Both the position numbers and the translations under genes were made by a program. From Verrucomicrobiia bacterium (GTDB lineage: Bacteria; Verrucomicrobiota; Verrucomicrobiia; Limisphaerales; DATENK01), in assembly GCA_035275085.1 (NCBI GenBank), contig DATENK010000718.1:1-30995 (forward strand): DNA of 30,995 bases, written 5' to 3'. A model generated the notes under the pieces. It saw only the letters and a list, made by a program, of their open reading frames with translations, had not been told where the DNA came from and searched no databases. Numbering within the stretch: the stretch's first letter is position 1; every line of letters starts with the position of its first letter. This document shows, piece by piece, positions 7,390-15,807 of this stretch.

Positions 7390-9222
7390 TCAGTCTTCTA
7401 CCGGGACAACGAGATTTTCCATGATGTAGTCCTTGCGTTCCGGGGTGTTCTTGCCCATGTAGAACGTGAGAATGTCCGCGGCTTCGAGCTTGGCGGCGAA
7501 CTCGACCTGGCTGAGGCGCATGTCGGGGCCGATAAACTGTTTGAATTCTTTCGGGGAGATTTCGCCGAGCCCTTTGAATCGGGTGACTTCGCATTTCGCG
7601 CCGAGTTTCTTCATGGCATCGTCACGTTCGGCTTCGGAATAGCAATAGATGGTCTGTTCTTTTGTGCGCACGCGGAACAGGGGCGTTTCCAGCACGTAGA
7701 GATGTCCATCATGGACGAGATGATCGAAAAAGCGGAAGAAATAAGTAATTAACAAATTTCGAATGTGGAGCCCGTCCACGTCGGCGTCCGTTGCCAGAAT
7801 CACCTTCTCATAACGCAAATGCTCGATGTTGTCCTCGATATCAAGCGCGCGCATCAAATTGTACATCTCATCGTTTTTGTAAACGATGTCGCGCTTGAGG
7901 TCCCAGACATTGAGGGGCTTGCCCTTGAGGACGAAGATGGCCTGTGTGTTCACATCCCGGCAACTCACGATCGACCCGGCGGCGGATTGGCCTTCGCAGA
8001 GGAACACCATCGAGCCTTTGCCGGTGTTCTTCTTTTTGTCGAAATGCACTTTGCAATCCTTAAGCTGCGGGATGCGGATGGTGATAGCTTTGGCGCGCTC
8101 GCGGGCGAGTTTTTTGACCTCCTGCAATTCCTTGCGGAGCTGCCGGCTGTCCTCGGCTTTCGCCATGATCTTCTGCGCGATGTCTTTGTTGCGATTGAAG
8201 AAGGTCAGCAACTCCTCGCGAACTTTGTTAACGAGATCGGACCGGATTTCGGTATTCCCTAATTTATTTTTGGTTTGCGATTCGAAGACCGGATCTTTCA
8301 GGCGAATCGAGACGGCGCCGACCATCGCTTCGCGCACGTCATCGCCTTCGTAGCCGCCCTTGGAATATTCGTTCACCGCTTTAAGCAAACCCTCACGGAA
8401 CGCGCTCAGGTGCGTGCCGCCATCGGCCGTATATTGGCCGTTGACGAACGAATAAAATGTTTCGCCATAACGGCTGTTGCTGTGTGTGAAGCAGAATTCG
8501 AGCGTCTTGCTGGCATAATGCAGCGGCGCGTAAATGGGTTCGCTGCCGTCCGCGTGCAAGTCTTCCATCACCAGGTCGAGCAGGCCGTGGCGCGATTGGA
8601 AGGTCTTGCCATTGAAAACCAGCTTCAGACCCGTGTTCAGGTAAGCATAATGGCGTAGCCGGCGCTCGACGAACTCCGGCTTGAACTGCACTTCCTTGAA
8701 AATCTCGGGATCGGGCTCGAATTCGATGAAGGTGCCATCAGGTTCATTGGCGGCCTTGCCATTTTTCTCACCCTTCAGCCGGCCCTGCTTAAACGCCGCT
8801 TCGACGTACTCACCGGTGCGATGGCTACGGACGATGAATTTGTGCGAAAGCGCGTTTACGGCCTTGGTGCCGACGCCGTTAAGGCCGACGCTGAATTGAA
8901 AAACTTCGTCGTTATATTTGGCGCCGGTGTTAATTTTCGAGACACAATCGATCACTTTGCCGAGCGGAATGCCGCGGCCGAAATCCCGCACGGAGACGCG
9001 ATTGTTATCGATGCTGATCTGCACTTCCTTGCCATGGCCCATGATGTATTCGTCGATCGCGTTGTCGATGACCTCCTTCAGCAGGATGTAACAGCCATCG
9101 TCGTAGTGCGATCCATCGCCAATGCGCCCGATGTACATGCCGGTGCGCAGCCGGATGTGTTCCAGGGAGGACAGTGTCTTGATTTTGCTCTCGTCGTAGA
9201 TGTGTTTCGTCGAATCCGCCAT
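7390..9222 (-). CDS. parE: DNA topoisomerase IV subunit B
   Basis: HIRLRTGMYIG, EVIDNAIDE (GHKL ATPase), DFGRGIP, GLNGVG, Toprim EGQSA / KGKPLN / DADVDG, RFKGLGEI and MGKNTPERKDYI. Start set at ATG 9222 (MADSTKHIYD). Confidence 0.9.
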   Translation of the reverse strand: MADSTKHIYDESKIKTLSSLEHIRLRTGMYIGRIGDGSHYDDGCYILLKEVIDNAIDEYIMGHGKEVQISIDNNRVSVRDFGRGIPLGKVIDCVSKINTGAKYNDEVFQFSVGLNGVGTKAVNALSHKFIVRSHRTGEYVEAAFKQGRLKGEKNGKAANEPDGTFIEFEPDPEIFKEVQFKPEFVERRLRHYAYLNTGLKLVFNGKTFQSRHGLLDLVMEDLHADGSEPIYAPLHYASKTLEFCFTHSNSRYGETFYSFVNGQYTADGGTHLSAFREGLLKAVNEYSKGGYEGDDVREAMVGAVSIRLKDPVFESQTKNKLGNTEIRSDLVNKVREELLTFFNRNKDIAQKIMAKAEDSRQLRKELQEVKKLARERAKAITIRIPQLKDCKVHFDKKKNTGKGSMVFLCEGQSAAGSIVSCRDVNTQAIFVLKGKPLNVWDLKRDIVYKNDEMYNLMRALDIEDNIEHLRYEKVILATDADVDGLHIRNLLITYFFRFFDHLVHDGHLYVLETPLFRVRTKEQTIYCYSEAERDDAMKKLGAKCEVTRFKGLGEISPKEFKQFIGPDMRLSQVEFAAKLEAADILTFYMGKNTPERKDYIMENLVVPVED

Positions 9223-9313
9223 AAGCTCTTGGGCCCTTAATATTCGAGTGATAAGAGCAACTTGCAAACCGAAAACAGGATTTTAATACAAGAGAGGGGC
9301 TCGGCGTTCGCCT

Positions 9314-9706
9314 TCAAACACCGCTTCGCCCTGGTTCTTGCTCCGCGACAGGCTCGCGCTTGAACGGAACCTTCTTTTTCGTCTCTTTTGCCTCCGCCAG
9401 CAAAATATCAATGCGAGCCTGAATGGCCCGCCGTTCCGCTTTAAGGCGCCGGCTTTCCCGAATATGTTTTCGCATGTTCCTCAATTTGAGTTTGATGGAC
9501 GGACCACCGCCGAATGGGTAAAGATAAACGTCCTCTCCCGTCTCATTCTTCCCGACGAGTCGAATCTCACGGATTTGAGAGCGGATACAATAGCCAATCG
9601 CCGCCAACGCCGTAGCGAACTCAATTGCCTCATTGCGTGCGCCGGTCCACTCGTTCCGTTCGCGCAAAAACAACTTCTTGTCTGTCCGTTGCACGATCAC
9701 TTTCAT
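9314..9706 (-). CDS. Small hypothetical protein with a basic C-terminal helix
   Basis: ATG preceded by a strong GGAGG Shine-Dalgarno sequence. It fills the gap between parE and the divergent blaI-like gene. No recognisable catalytic motif. Confidence 0.65.
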   Translation of the reverse strand: MKVIVQRTDKKLFLRERNEWTGARNEAIEFATALAAIGYCIRSQIREIRLVGKNETGEDVYLYPFGGGPSIKLKLRNMRKHIRESRRLKAERRAIQARIDILLAEAKETKKKVPFKREPVAEQEPGRSGV

Positions 9707-9879
9707 AACTGCCTCCGCACACTTTCTTTCGTGTCAGCGCTCCCTGAAAGCCCTCGCGCCTTTTGCAATATGCAATTTTTACGCCGTCCAATCGTGGCGG
9801 TCAATCAGCTGGAATACTTAAGTACTTCTCCCGAGTTGGTCGCTGCGAACTTCATTTAGCAAACGTTGGGATTGTGAGC

Positions 9880-9914
9880 TTGATAATATTACCATGGTAG
9901 TATTACCTTGGTCG
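9880..9914 (+). promoter_or_regulatory. Promoter TTGATA-18-TACCTT overlapped by a BlaI/CopY-type operator palindrome
   Basis: AATATTACCA|TGGTAGTATT (9885-9904) is a 20-bp palindrome with 1 mismatch and a TAC-N4-GTA core. A 14-bp tandem repeat TATTACCATGGTAG / TATTACCTTGGTCG spans 9887-9914. The -10 at 9904-9909 is 7 nt before ATG 9917. Confidence 0.7.
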
Positions 9915-9916
9915 CA

Positions 9917-10306
9917 ATGAAGAAGAAAAGCCCGCTGTTCAGGCTCGGCGATTTGCAGCTTCGCATCTTGAAGGTGTTTTGGGATCGTGGTGAGGCGACG
10001 ATCGGAGACGTTCACAAAGCTTTGGGTGGGCACAGCAAATTCGCTTACACGACCATCGCTACTATGCTCCGCAAGATGGAGGGCCGGAGCCTCGTTTCGC
10101 ACCGGGAGGAGGGACGTGTGTTTGTTTACAAGGCGGAGGTGGAAGCCAAAACAGTTTCGCGCGGCATAGCGGACCATTGGATGGACCGGCTGTTCGAAGG
10201 CAGCCTGACGCATGCGGTGAATCACTTGTTGAGCACGCGCGACGTCAGCGCGGAAGAATTGCGCGAACTGGAACGTTTGATCGCGGAAAGGAAACGGAAA
10301 CCATGA
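9917..10306 (+). CDS. BlaI/MecI/CopY-family transcriptional repressor
   Basis: LGDLQLRILKVFWDRGEATIGDV, AYTTIATMLRKMEGRSLV, REEGRVFVY, DRLFEGS and ELRELERLI. Alternative start TTG 9908. Confidence 0.93.
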   Translation: MKKKSPLFRLGDLQLRILKVFWDRGEATIGDVHKALGGHSKFAYTTIATMLRKMEGRSLVSHREEGRVFVYKAEVEAKTVSRGIADHWMDRLFEGSLTHAVNHLLSTRDVSAEELRELERLIAERKRKP

Positions 10307-12462
10307 ATCCGAGCGGGGCATTCTGGTGGGATTTGTTTGGGCGGCTCATCCTCGAGTCTTCGGCGCTGATCACGTTGGCCGCGCTCGTAAGCCGAAAATT
10401 GCTGCCGCAGCAACAGCGGCTCGTGTGGCAGGTCGCACTCGGCGCGCTTCTGTTGGTGCTGGCTGTGGAAGGCACTGGATTGCATCAGCGCATCCACTTC
10501 CCCTCGGTGCAAGTACAACCTGCACCAACAGCGCGCCGCCTGACCATCGAAGTGATGCCTGGTCCGGCGATCAGCCTGCCCACCGCAGCGCAACCCTTTG
10601 GCGTACAGCAGCCTTCTTTAGTGCGATGGCTTCCAGGCGTCCTTTGGCTGGTAGTGTGTGCCTGCATTCTCACTCGCAGCTTTGGAAGTCGCTTGCTCTT
10701 CCTTGCCCTAGCGCATCGTCGCCGCCGCTTGAACGAGCCCACGCTCCAGGAGAAAGTCGAAGCGCTCGCCCGCAAAATGAATCTTCACGGCCGCGTGCAT
10801 CTAAGCGAAAGCCGCCTGTTGGCCGGCCCAATTGCGTTTGGTTTTTTTCGGCGATGCATTTGCCTGCCGGAAGGTTTCGCGCGGGCGTACGCGTCGCAGG
10901 AACAGGAAGTCACGCTCGCCCACGAATTGGCCCACCTGGCCGCAGGCGACCCGCTCTGGTACGCCCTTGTGGACATCATCGCAGCCGTGTTCTGGTTCAA
11001 TCCACTCGCCTGGCTCGGACGCGCGCAATTTCAAGTCGCTTGTGAAACGGCCGCCGACGAGGCGAGCTTGCTCGTGTGCGAAGACGGTGCGCGCACGCTC
11101 GCCGAATGTCTCGTGCAACTCGGCAAGCGCATGGCGCAAGTGAATTCTTACGGCTGGATCGGCATCGAAGGGAACCGATTCCGCTCAGCGCTCGGACGTC
11201 GCGTGACGCGTTTACTGAAGCTTGAGCCAAGGCCATGGCGCGCGTTATCACCGAGATGGACAATCGCGGCGTGGTTCGCGGGCGTCATAATCTCCATCGC
11301 GCTGCTCTCATCGAGCGCCGCTGTTGCGCGCGGACGCGGCTATTCATTGTCCGATCTGCTGGGGCAACTGCGTTTCGCTGGAGGTCGCGTGCCAAATGTC
11401 CAGGCAGCGCCAACCGTCACCGTCACTGGAGGCCGGGCGGTCGGCACTCGAACTTTCAAAGTTGACCCACCGCGTTTCGAACAATCCATAAAAGAGTTTG
11501 TCGAGAAAAACCAAATCCCACCGGGCGACTCTTTCACGCATGATTTAAGATTCTTCATCGAATCGCTCGGAGTGGACCTGACGCCGCCAGCAAGGTTCTT
11601 TTACAATTCACAGCTGGGGACCTTAATGGTCCGCGCGGACGTCGCAACGTTGGATAGTTTGGAAAAGGCCGTCCAACTCATGAACGCGTCGCCCCCGCAA
11701 CTGACGATCGAAACGAAATTTGTGGAAATGAGTGATCCGCTTGAGGCGCTGGACCTGCGCAATCTTGCGATTAGCTGGGATGAACACGGCTCGAATTCAT
11801 TTCGCGGAGTCCTGTCGCCGTCCAGGTATCGCGAATTGATGAAGTGGTTGGAAGCGCGGTCGGGTGTGGACATCCTGACCGCGCCGAGGGTTACCACGCT
11901 CAGCGGCCGGCAGGCGCAAATCAAAGTCGTTGATGTGAGATACGTCGTAACGGACCTCGACTACGAGGTCGCGCCGGCTAAGCCAATCGCCGAACCATTC
12001 GAATGCGGTCCGGTGTTGGATGTCATCGGCACCGTGCGCCTCGACGGGATGACGATTGACCTGACGCTCATTACCACCGTCCGCGAGTTCATGGGATATG
12101 ACTTGAAGATGCCATATTTTGATTCAGGACCGCCCAGGCCACTGACGCCCGCACCGCTGCGCGAATATGCGGGTGAGAATGCAAATGCGAACACTTCCGC
12201 GAGCCCAGTGCTCGGCCAGAAAATTCCGCTGCCGGTGTTTCGGCTGCGCCAGGCACAAACAAAAACTCCCGTCTGGGACGGGCAAACGGTAGTGCTCGGT
12301 TTACCGGTAAGTGCGGGCCGTTCCGCGAAACCGAACCTGAGATTCGCGCGCTCGGGCAAAAGATGCTTCCTGTTAGTTACGCCGGTTCTGATCGATCCCG
12401 CTGGGAATGCGTTGCACAATGAATCGACGCTGCCATTCGTCGAACAGACCGTGCCGCGTTAA
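10303..12462 (+). CDS. BlaR1/MecR1 (peptidase M56) membrane zinc protease fused to an N3 plus secretin-like domain
   Basis: ATGA overlap with the blaI-like stop. M56 motifs GPIAFG, LAHELAH (10915-10935), FWFNPLAW and CETAAD, then a TM helix. Secretin-like motifs follow: YNSQLGTLMVRA, PQLTIETKFVE, LTAPRVTTLSGRQAQI, PVFRLRQAQT, DGQTVVLG and LLVTPVLID. Confidence 0.85.
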   Translation: MNPSGAFWWDLFGRLILESSALITLAALVSRKLLPQQQRLVWQVALGALLLVLAVEGTGLHQRIHFPSVQVQPAPTARRLTIEVMPGPAISLPTAAQPFGVQQPSLVRWLPGVLWLVVCACILTRSFGSRLLFLALAHRRRRLNEPTLQEKVEALARKMNLHGRVHLSESRLLAGPIAFGFFRRCICLPEGFARAYASQEQEVTLAHELAHLAAGDPLWYALVDIIAAVFWFNPLAWLGRAQFQVACETAADEASLLVCEDGARTLAECLVQLGKRMAQVNSYGWIGIEGNRFRSALGRRVTRLLKLEPRPWRALSPRWTIAAWFAGVIISIALLSSSAAVARGRGYSLSDLLGQLRFAGGRVPNVQAAPTVTVTGGRAVGTRTFKVDPPRFEQSIKEFVEKNQIPPGDSFTHDLRFFIESLGVDLTPPARFFYNSQLGTLMVRADVATLDSLEKAVQLMNASPPQLTIETKFVEMSDPLEALDLRNLAISWDEHGSNSFRGVLSPSRYRELMKWLEARSGVDILTAPRVTTLSGRQAQIKVVDVRYVVTDLDYEVAPAKPIAEPFECGPVLDVIGTVRLDGMTIDLTLITTVREFMGYDLKMPYFDSGPPRPLTPAPLREYAGENANANTSASPVLGQKIPLPVFRLRQAQTKTPVWDGQTVVLGLPVSAGRSAKPNLRFARSGKRCFLLVTPVLIDPAGNALHNESTLPFVEQTVPR

Positions 12463-12477
12463 GGGCAGGAATTAAAG

Positions 12478-12505
12478 TTGTGTGGCTGCGGGCTGAAGGT
12501 AGGTT
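12478..12505 (+). promoter_or_regulatory. Putative sigma70 promoter TTGTGT-16-TAGGTT, 6 nt before ATG 12512
   Basis: Hexamers at 12478-12483 and 12500-12505; no Shine-Dalgarno sequence. Confidence 0.4.
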
Positions 12506-12511
12506 CGCCGC

Positions 12512-14161
12512 ATGCACCGCAAAATTGTCGTTTTCGCAATTGCAATCGTCTGGCACTGGCAAGCGTACGCCAGCGAGGCGACCGCCAGCATCACAACGAA
12601 CGATTTGTTGCGGCACATCCTAGTGCTCGCCTCGGACGAATTCGAAGGACGCGGGCCGGGTACGGCGGGCGAGGAGCGCACAGTTGATTACTTGCTAAAG
12701 CAGTTCAAGACGTTTGGTTTGCAGCCGGGCAATCCGGATGGGACATATTTCCAAAAGGTGCCGTTGGTCGGCATCACGGGGCAACCGACAGCGACGCTCA
12801 GTGCCAGGGGCAAACCGTTGGAAATTTTTTTGCCACGCGATTGTGTAATCTGGTCGCGGCGGCTGGCGCCGACTGTCACCGTGAAAGACACGGATGTGGT
12901 TTTCGTTGGCTACGGCGTGGTCGCACCCGAATATCAGTGGGACGATTTTAGAGACGTGGACGTGCGCGGCAAGACGGTGCTGATGCTGGTAAACGATCCG
13001 CCGATTCCGGATCCCAACGATCCGGCAAAGCTCGACGAGAAAATGTTTCGTGGGCGTGGCATGACCTATTACGGCCGTTGGACCTATAAGTTTGAGATCG
13101 CGAGCAAAAAGGGCGCGGCGGCGGCGATCATCGTGCACGAAACGGGGCCTGCCGGTTATCCGTGGGCTGTCGTGGTCGGCAGCAACACGCGCGAGAACAT
13201 GGACCTCCAATCGGCCGGCAACAACGCGGAGCGCGTGGCCATTGAGGGCTGGGTGACCGCCGATACCGCCACCAAACTTTGCGCCGCGGCGGGCGAAGAT
13301 TACCAGGCCTTGAAGCAGCGGGCACTGCGCCGCGATTTCCGGCCGGTCCCATTGGACGTGAAGGCGACCTGGAGCGTAACGAACAAATGGCGTGAAATTT
13401 CATCGCGCAACGTGATGGGCAAACTCGAAGGCTCGGACCTGAAACTTAAGGATGAATTAGTTATATATACCGCGCATTGGGACCACCTGGGCCGCAATCC
13501 AAATTTGCAGGGCGACCAGATTTACAATGGCGCCGTTGACAACGCTTCGGGCACCGCCGCGCTCCTGGAGTTGGCGGAGGCATTTTCGAAGACGCGCCCC
13601 AAGCGCAGCGTGTTGTTCCTGTCAGTCACGGCCGAAGAGAAGGGGTTGCTGGGCGCGAAATATTACGCGACGCACCCGCTTTATGCGTTGGAGCGCACCA
13701 TTGCCAACATCAACATCGATGGCGTGAACGTCTGGGGCCGCACGCGCGACCTCGGGCTTGTCGGCGTGGGACAATCAAGTCTTGAAGACCTGCTGCGAAC
13801 GTTTGTCGAAGCCGCGGGTCGCAAGCTTTTGCCGGAAGCCGAACCGGAGAAAGGCTACTATTTTCGCTCGGACCATTTTGAATTCGCCAAGGTTGGCGTG
13901 CCTGCGCTCTATACGGACGAGGGGATCGATTACATCGGTAAGCCGGCTGACTTCGGCAAAAACAAGCGAGCCGAATATATCGCGAATGATTACCACAAAG
14001 TGAGCGATGAGATAAAACCGGGTTGGGATCTCTCCGGGGCGGTTGACGATATCCGGCTTTTGTTTCAGGTTGGCGATGCTCTTGCACAGGGACAGGAACG
14101 GCCGCAGTGGAAGCAAACGTCCGAATTCAAAGGCGTGCGCGCGCGACGCCAATCAAGGTGA
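12512..14161 (+). CDS. Secreted M28-family aminopeptidase with a PA domain
   Basis: Signal peptide, [13 protein letters not shown]-domain VFVGYG...DVRGK, zinc-ligand motifs [36 protein letters not shown] and YHKVSDE. Confidence 0.92.
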   Translation: MHRKIVVFAIAIVWHWQAYASEATASITTNDLLRHILVLASDEFEGRGPGTAGEERTVDYLLKQFKTFGLQPGNPDGTYFQKVPLVGITGQPTATLSARGKPLEIFLPRDCVIWSRRLAPTVTVKDTDVVFVGYGVVAPEYQWDDFRDVDVRGKTVLMLVNDPPIPDPNDPAKLDEKMFRGRGMTYYGRWTYKFEIASKKGAAAAIIVHETGPAGYPWAVVVGSNTRENMDLQSAGNNAERVAIEGWVTADTATKLCAAAGEDYQALKQRALRRDFRPVPLDVKATWSVTNKWREISSRNVMGKLEGSDLKLKDELVIYTAHWDHLGRNPNLQGDQIYNGAVDNASGTAALLELAEAFSKTRPKRSVLFLSVTAEEKGLLGAKYYATHPLYALERTIANINIDGVNVWGRTRDLGLVGVGQSSLEDLLRTFVEAAGRKLLPEAEPEKGYYFRSDHFEFAKVGVPALYTDEGIDYIGKPADFGKNKRAEYIANDYHKVSDEIKPGWDLSGAVDDIRLLFQVGDALAQGQERPQWKQTSEFKGVRARRQSR

Positions 14162-14211
14162 TTTGATCGGGGGCAAGCACTAACAGGGGATTCAAATCAA
14201 GGGACCTGCTT

Positions 14212-14226
14212 CGGCTCAAAGAGCCG
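14212..14226. terminator. Small hairpin between convergent genes, possible terminator
   Basis: CGGCTC-AAA-GAGCCG; there is no clear U-tract on either side. Confidence 0.25.
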
Positions 14227-14237
14227 CCTCCGTTATT

Positions 14238-15689
14238 TCAGTGTTCACCCGCCAGTTTGCGGTAAAGCGTCGCCATGCTAATGCCGAGGAGTTCGGCGGC
14301 CTTTTCTTTATCGCCCGCGGTTTGGACGAGAACGCTATTGAGGTACTCGGCTTCCTTGTCGCGAATGAAATCTTTCAATTGCACGATCTTAGCCGGGGTT
14401 CCGGGTGACGCCGGGGCAACGCCGGGAACGTTCACAGGATAATTCAGCGGGAAAATATGATCTTCGACAGGAGCGGCTTCGCGCGTGACGAATACGGTGT
14501 CGGAAGGATTCGCCAGCGCCTGTACCGGCGGCGGGAGATCGCGTGTGCGAATTTTGTTATCTTCGCAGAGCACGCAAGCGCGTTCGATGATGTTTTCCAA
14601 TTCGCGCACGTTACCCGGCCAATCGTAAGCCGTGAGCGCATCCATCGCAGCGCGAGTGACCTGAAAAGCAGTGCCATTACGCGCATCGACTTTGTTTTTC
14701 AGAAAATGACCGACCAGCAAAGGAATGTCGTCGCGGCGTTCACGCAAAGCCGGCAACTGGACCGGGATCACGTTGAGGCGGTAATATAAATCTTCGCGGA
14801 AAGTGCCTTCCTTGATCTTTTTCTCCAACGGCGCGTTGGTGGCCGCAATGACGCGCACGTTCACGTAACTGGGCGTGTTATCGCCGACGCGGCGGACTTC
14901 TTTTTCCTGCAAGACCCGCAGCAGGCGACTTTGCAATGCGGCCGGCATGGTGCCGATCTCGTCCAGGAAGATCGTGCCGCCGTTGGCTTCTTCGAAGAGG
15001 CCCTTTTTGTCGTTAATCGCCCCGGTAAACGCGCCTTTGCGATGGCCAAACATTTCGGATTCCAGAAGATTTTCGGGCAGGGCGGCGCAATTGACAGGGA
15101 TGAACGGAGCGAATTGGCGCCCGCTATTGAAATGAAGCGCGCGCGCGACCAGTTCCTTGCCGGTGCCGCTCTCGCCAAGCAGCAGCACCGTGCAATCCGT
15201 GTCAGCAACGCGTTCGACCAGCTTAAAAACTTCCTGCATCTTTGAGGAGGCGCCAACAAGCCGGGTGAGCTGATATTTTTCTTTGAGCTGCTTTTTGAGG
15301 TAAAGGTTTTCGGAAACAGCCTCGGTGTAAGACAACGCGCGTTTGACGGTCATCTTCAGCTCGTCCATCTTGAAGGGCTTTTCCAGGTAATCGTATGCCC
15401 CGCGCTTCATGGCCTCGACAGCAGTTTCGATCGAGCCGAATGCAGTAATGACAATTACCAGGGCAGGCGAACGGAGCGAACGTGCTTTCTGCAGGATGTC
15501 CAGGCCCTGGTATTTCGAAGCGTCCAGATTCATGTCGGTGACAACCAATTCCGGGCCGAAAGAGTCCATCGCGTCGAACGCCGTCGTCCCATTGGTGAAG
15601 GGCATCACTTCGTGTCCATCTGCGCGAAGTGATTCGGTGACCATCTGCACCATGGTCACTTCATCATCCACCACCATCACTTTGGCCAT
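14238..15689 (-). CDS. Sigma54-dependent response regulator (NtrC/AtoC family: REC-AAA+-HTH)
   Basis: Receiver VVDDE / VVTDM / YLEKP, Walker A GESGTGKE, ESEMFGHRKGAFTGA, FLDEI, REDLYYRLNV, WPGNVRELEN and HTH AAELLGISMATLYRKL. Confidence 0.95.
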   Translation of the reverse strand: MAKVMVVDDEVTMVQMVTESLRADGHEVMPFTNGTTAFDAMDSFGPELVVTDMNLDASKYQGLDILQKARSLRSPALVIVITAFGSIETAVEAMKRGAYDYLEKPFKMDELKMTVKRALSYTEAVSENLYLKKQLKEKYQLTRLVGASSKMQEVFKLVERVADTDCTVLLLGESGTGKELVARALHFNSGRQFAPFIPVNCAALPENLLESEMFGHRKGAFTGAINDKKGLFEEANGGTIFLDEIGTMPAALQSRLLRVLQEKEVRRVGDNTPSYVNVRVIAATNAPLEKKIKEGTFREDLYYRLNVIPVQLPALRERRDDIPLLVGHFLKNKVDARNGTAFQVTRAAMDALTAYDWPGNVRELENIIERACVLCEDNKIRTRDLPPPVQALANPSDTVFVTREAAPVEDHIFPLNYPVNVPGVAPASPGTPAKIVQLKDFIRDKEAEYLNSVLVQTAGDKEKAAELLGISMATLYRKLAGEH

Positions 15690-15695
15690 GCGCAG

Positions 15696-15724
15696 GTTTT
15701 AGGATATTTGGCGAGCGGTGCCAA
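15696..15724 (-). promoter_or_regulatory. Putative sigma70 promoter TTGGCA-17-TAAAAC, 6 nt from ATG 15689
   Basis: Minus-strand hexamers at 15719-15724 and 15696-15701; the -10 lacks the final conserved T. Confidence 0.3.
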
Positions 15725-15773
15725 GCGCGGACTTGGTTGTGAGCTCCGTAGATGTTCGATGTGCCCATGTGAA

Positions 15774-15801
15774 TTGAGTTCGACAATCCTTCCGGTATAG
15801 T
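15774..15801 (+). promoter_or_regulatory. Putative sigma70 promoter TTGAGT-16-TATAGT, 6 nt before GTG 15808
   Basis: Near-consensus hexamers at 15774-15779 and 15796-15801; no Shine-Dalgarno sequence. Confidence 0.55.
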
Positions 15802-15807
15802 GCGCGC

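Noticed and set aside
7205-7390. tRNA or other known ncRNA in the 185-bp gap
   Set aside because: No cloverleaf, T-loop (GTTCRA) or SRP/tmRNA signature on either strand.
2655-9222. Calling the topoisomerase genes gyrA/gyrB
   Set aside because: The A subunit has a short CTD with no visible GyrA-box, and the B subunit has the GLNGVG / GKPLN / MGKNTPER pattern of the ParE type. A phylogeny would be needed to exclude an atypical gyrase fully.
7318-9240. Long antisense ORFs opposite parE (and similarly opposite parC, the sigma54 activators and the kinase)
   Set aside because: Shadow ORFs expected in GC-rich DNA opposite conserved genes; they carry no independent motifs or start signals.
10177-10302. 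N-terminal extensions in the ORF track (10177, 18314, 4853, 2578, 9267, 17077)
   Set aside because: They overlap upstream genes or promoters and precede clear signal peptides or family-typical starts, so downstream starts were chosen.
15705-15725. Sigma54 -24/-12 promoter (TTGGCACCGCTCGC on the minus strand)
   Set aside because: GG and GC are separated by 8 nt rather than the required 10, on both strands.
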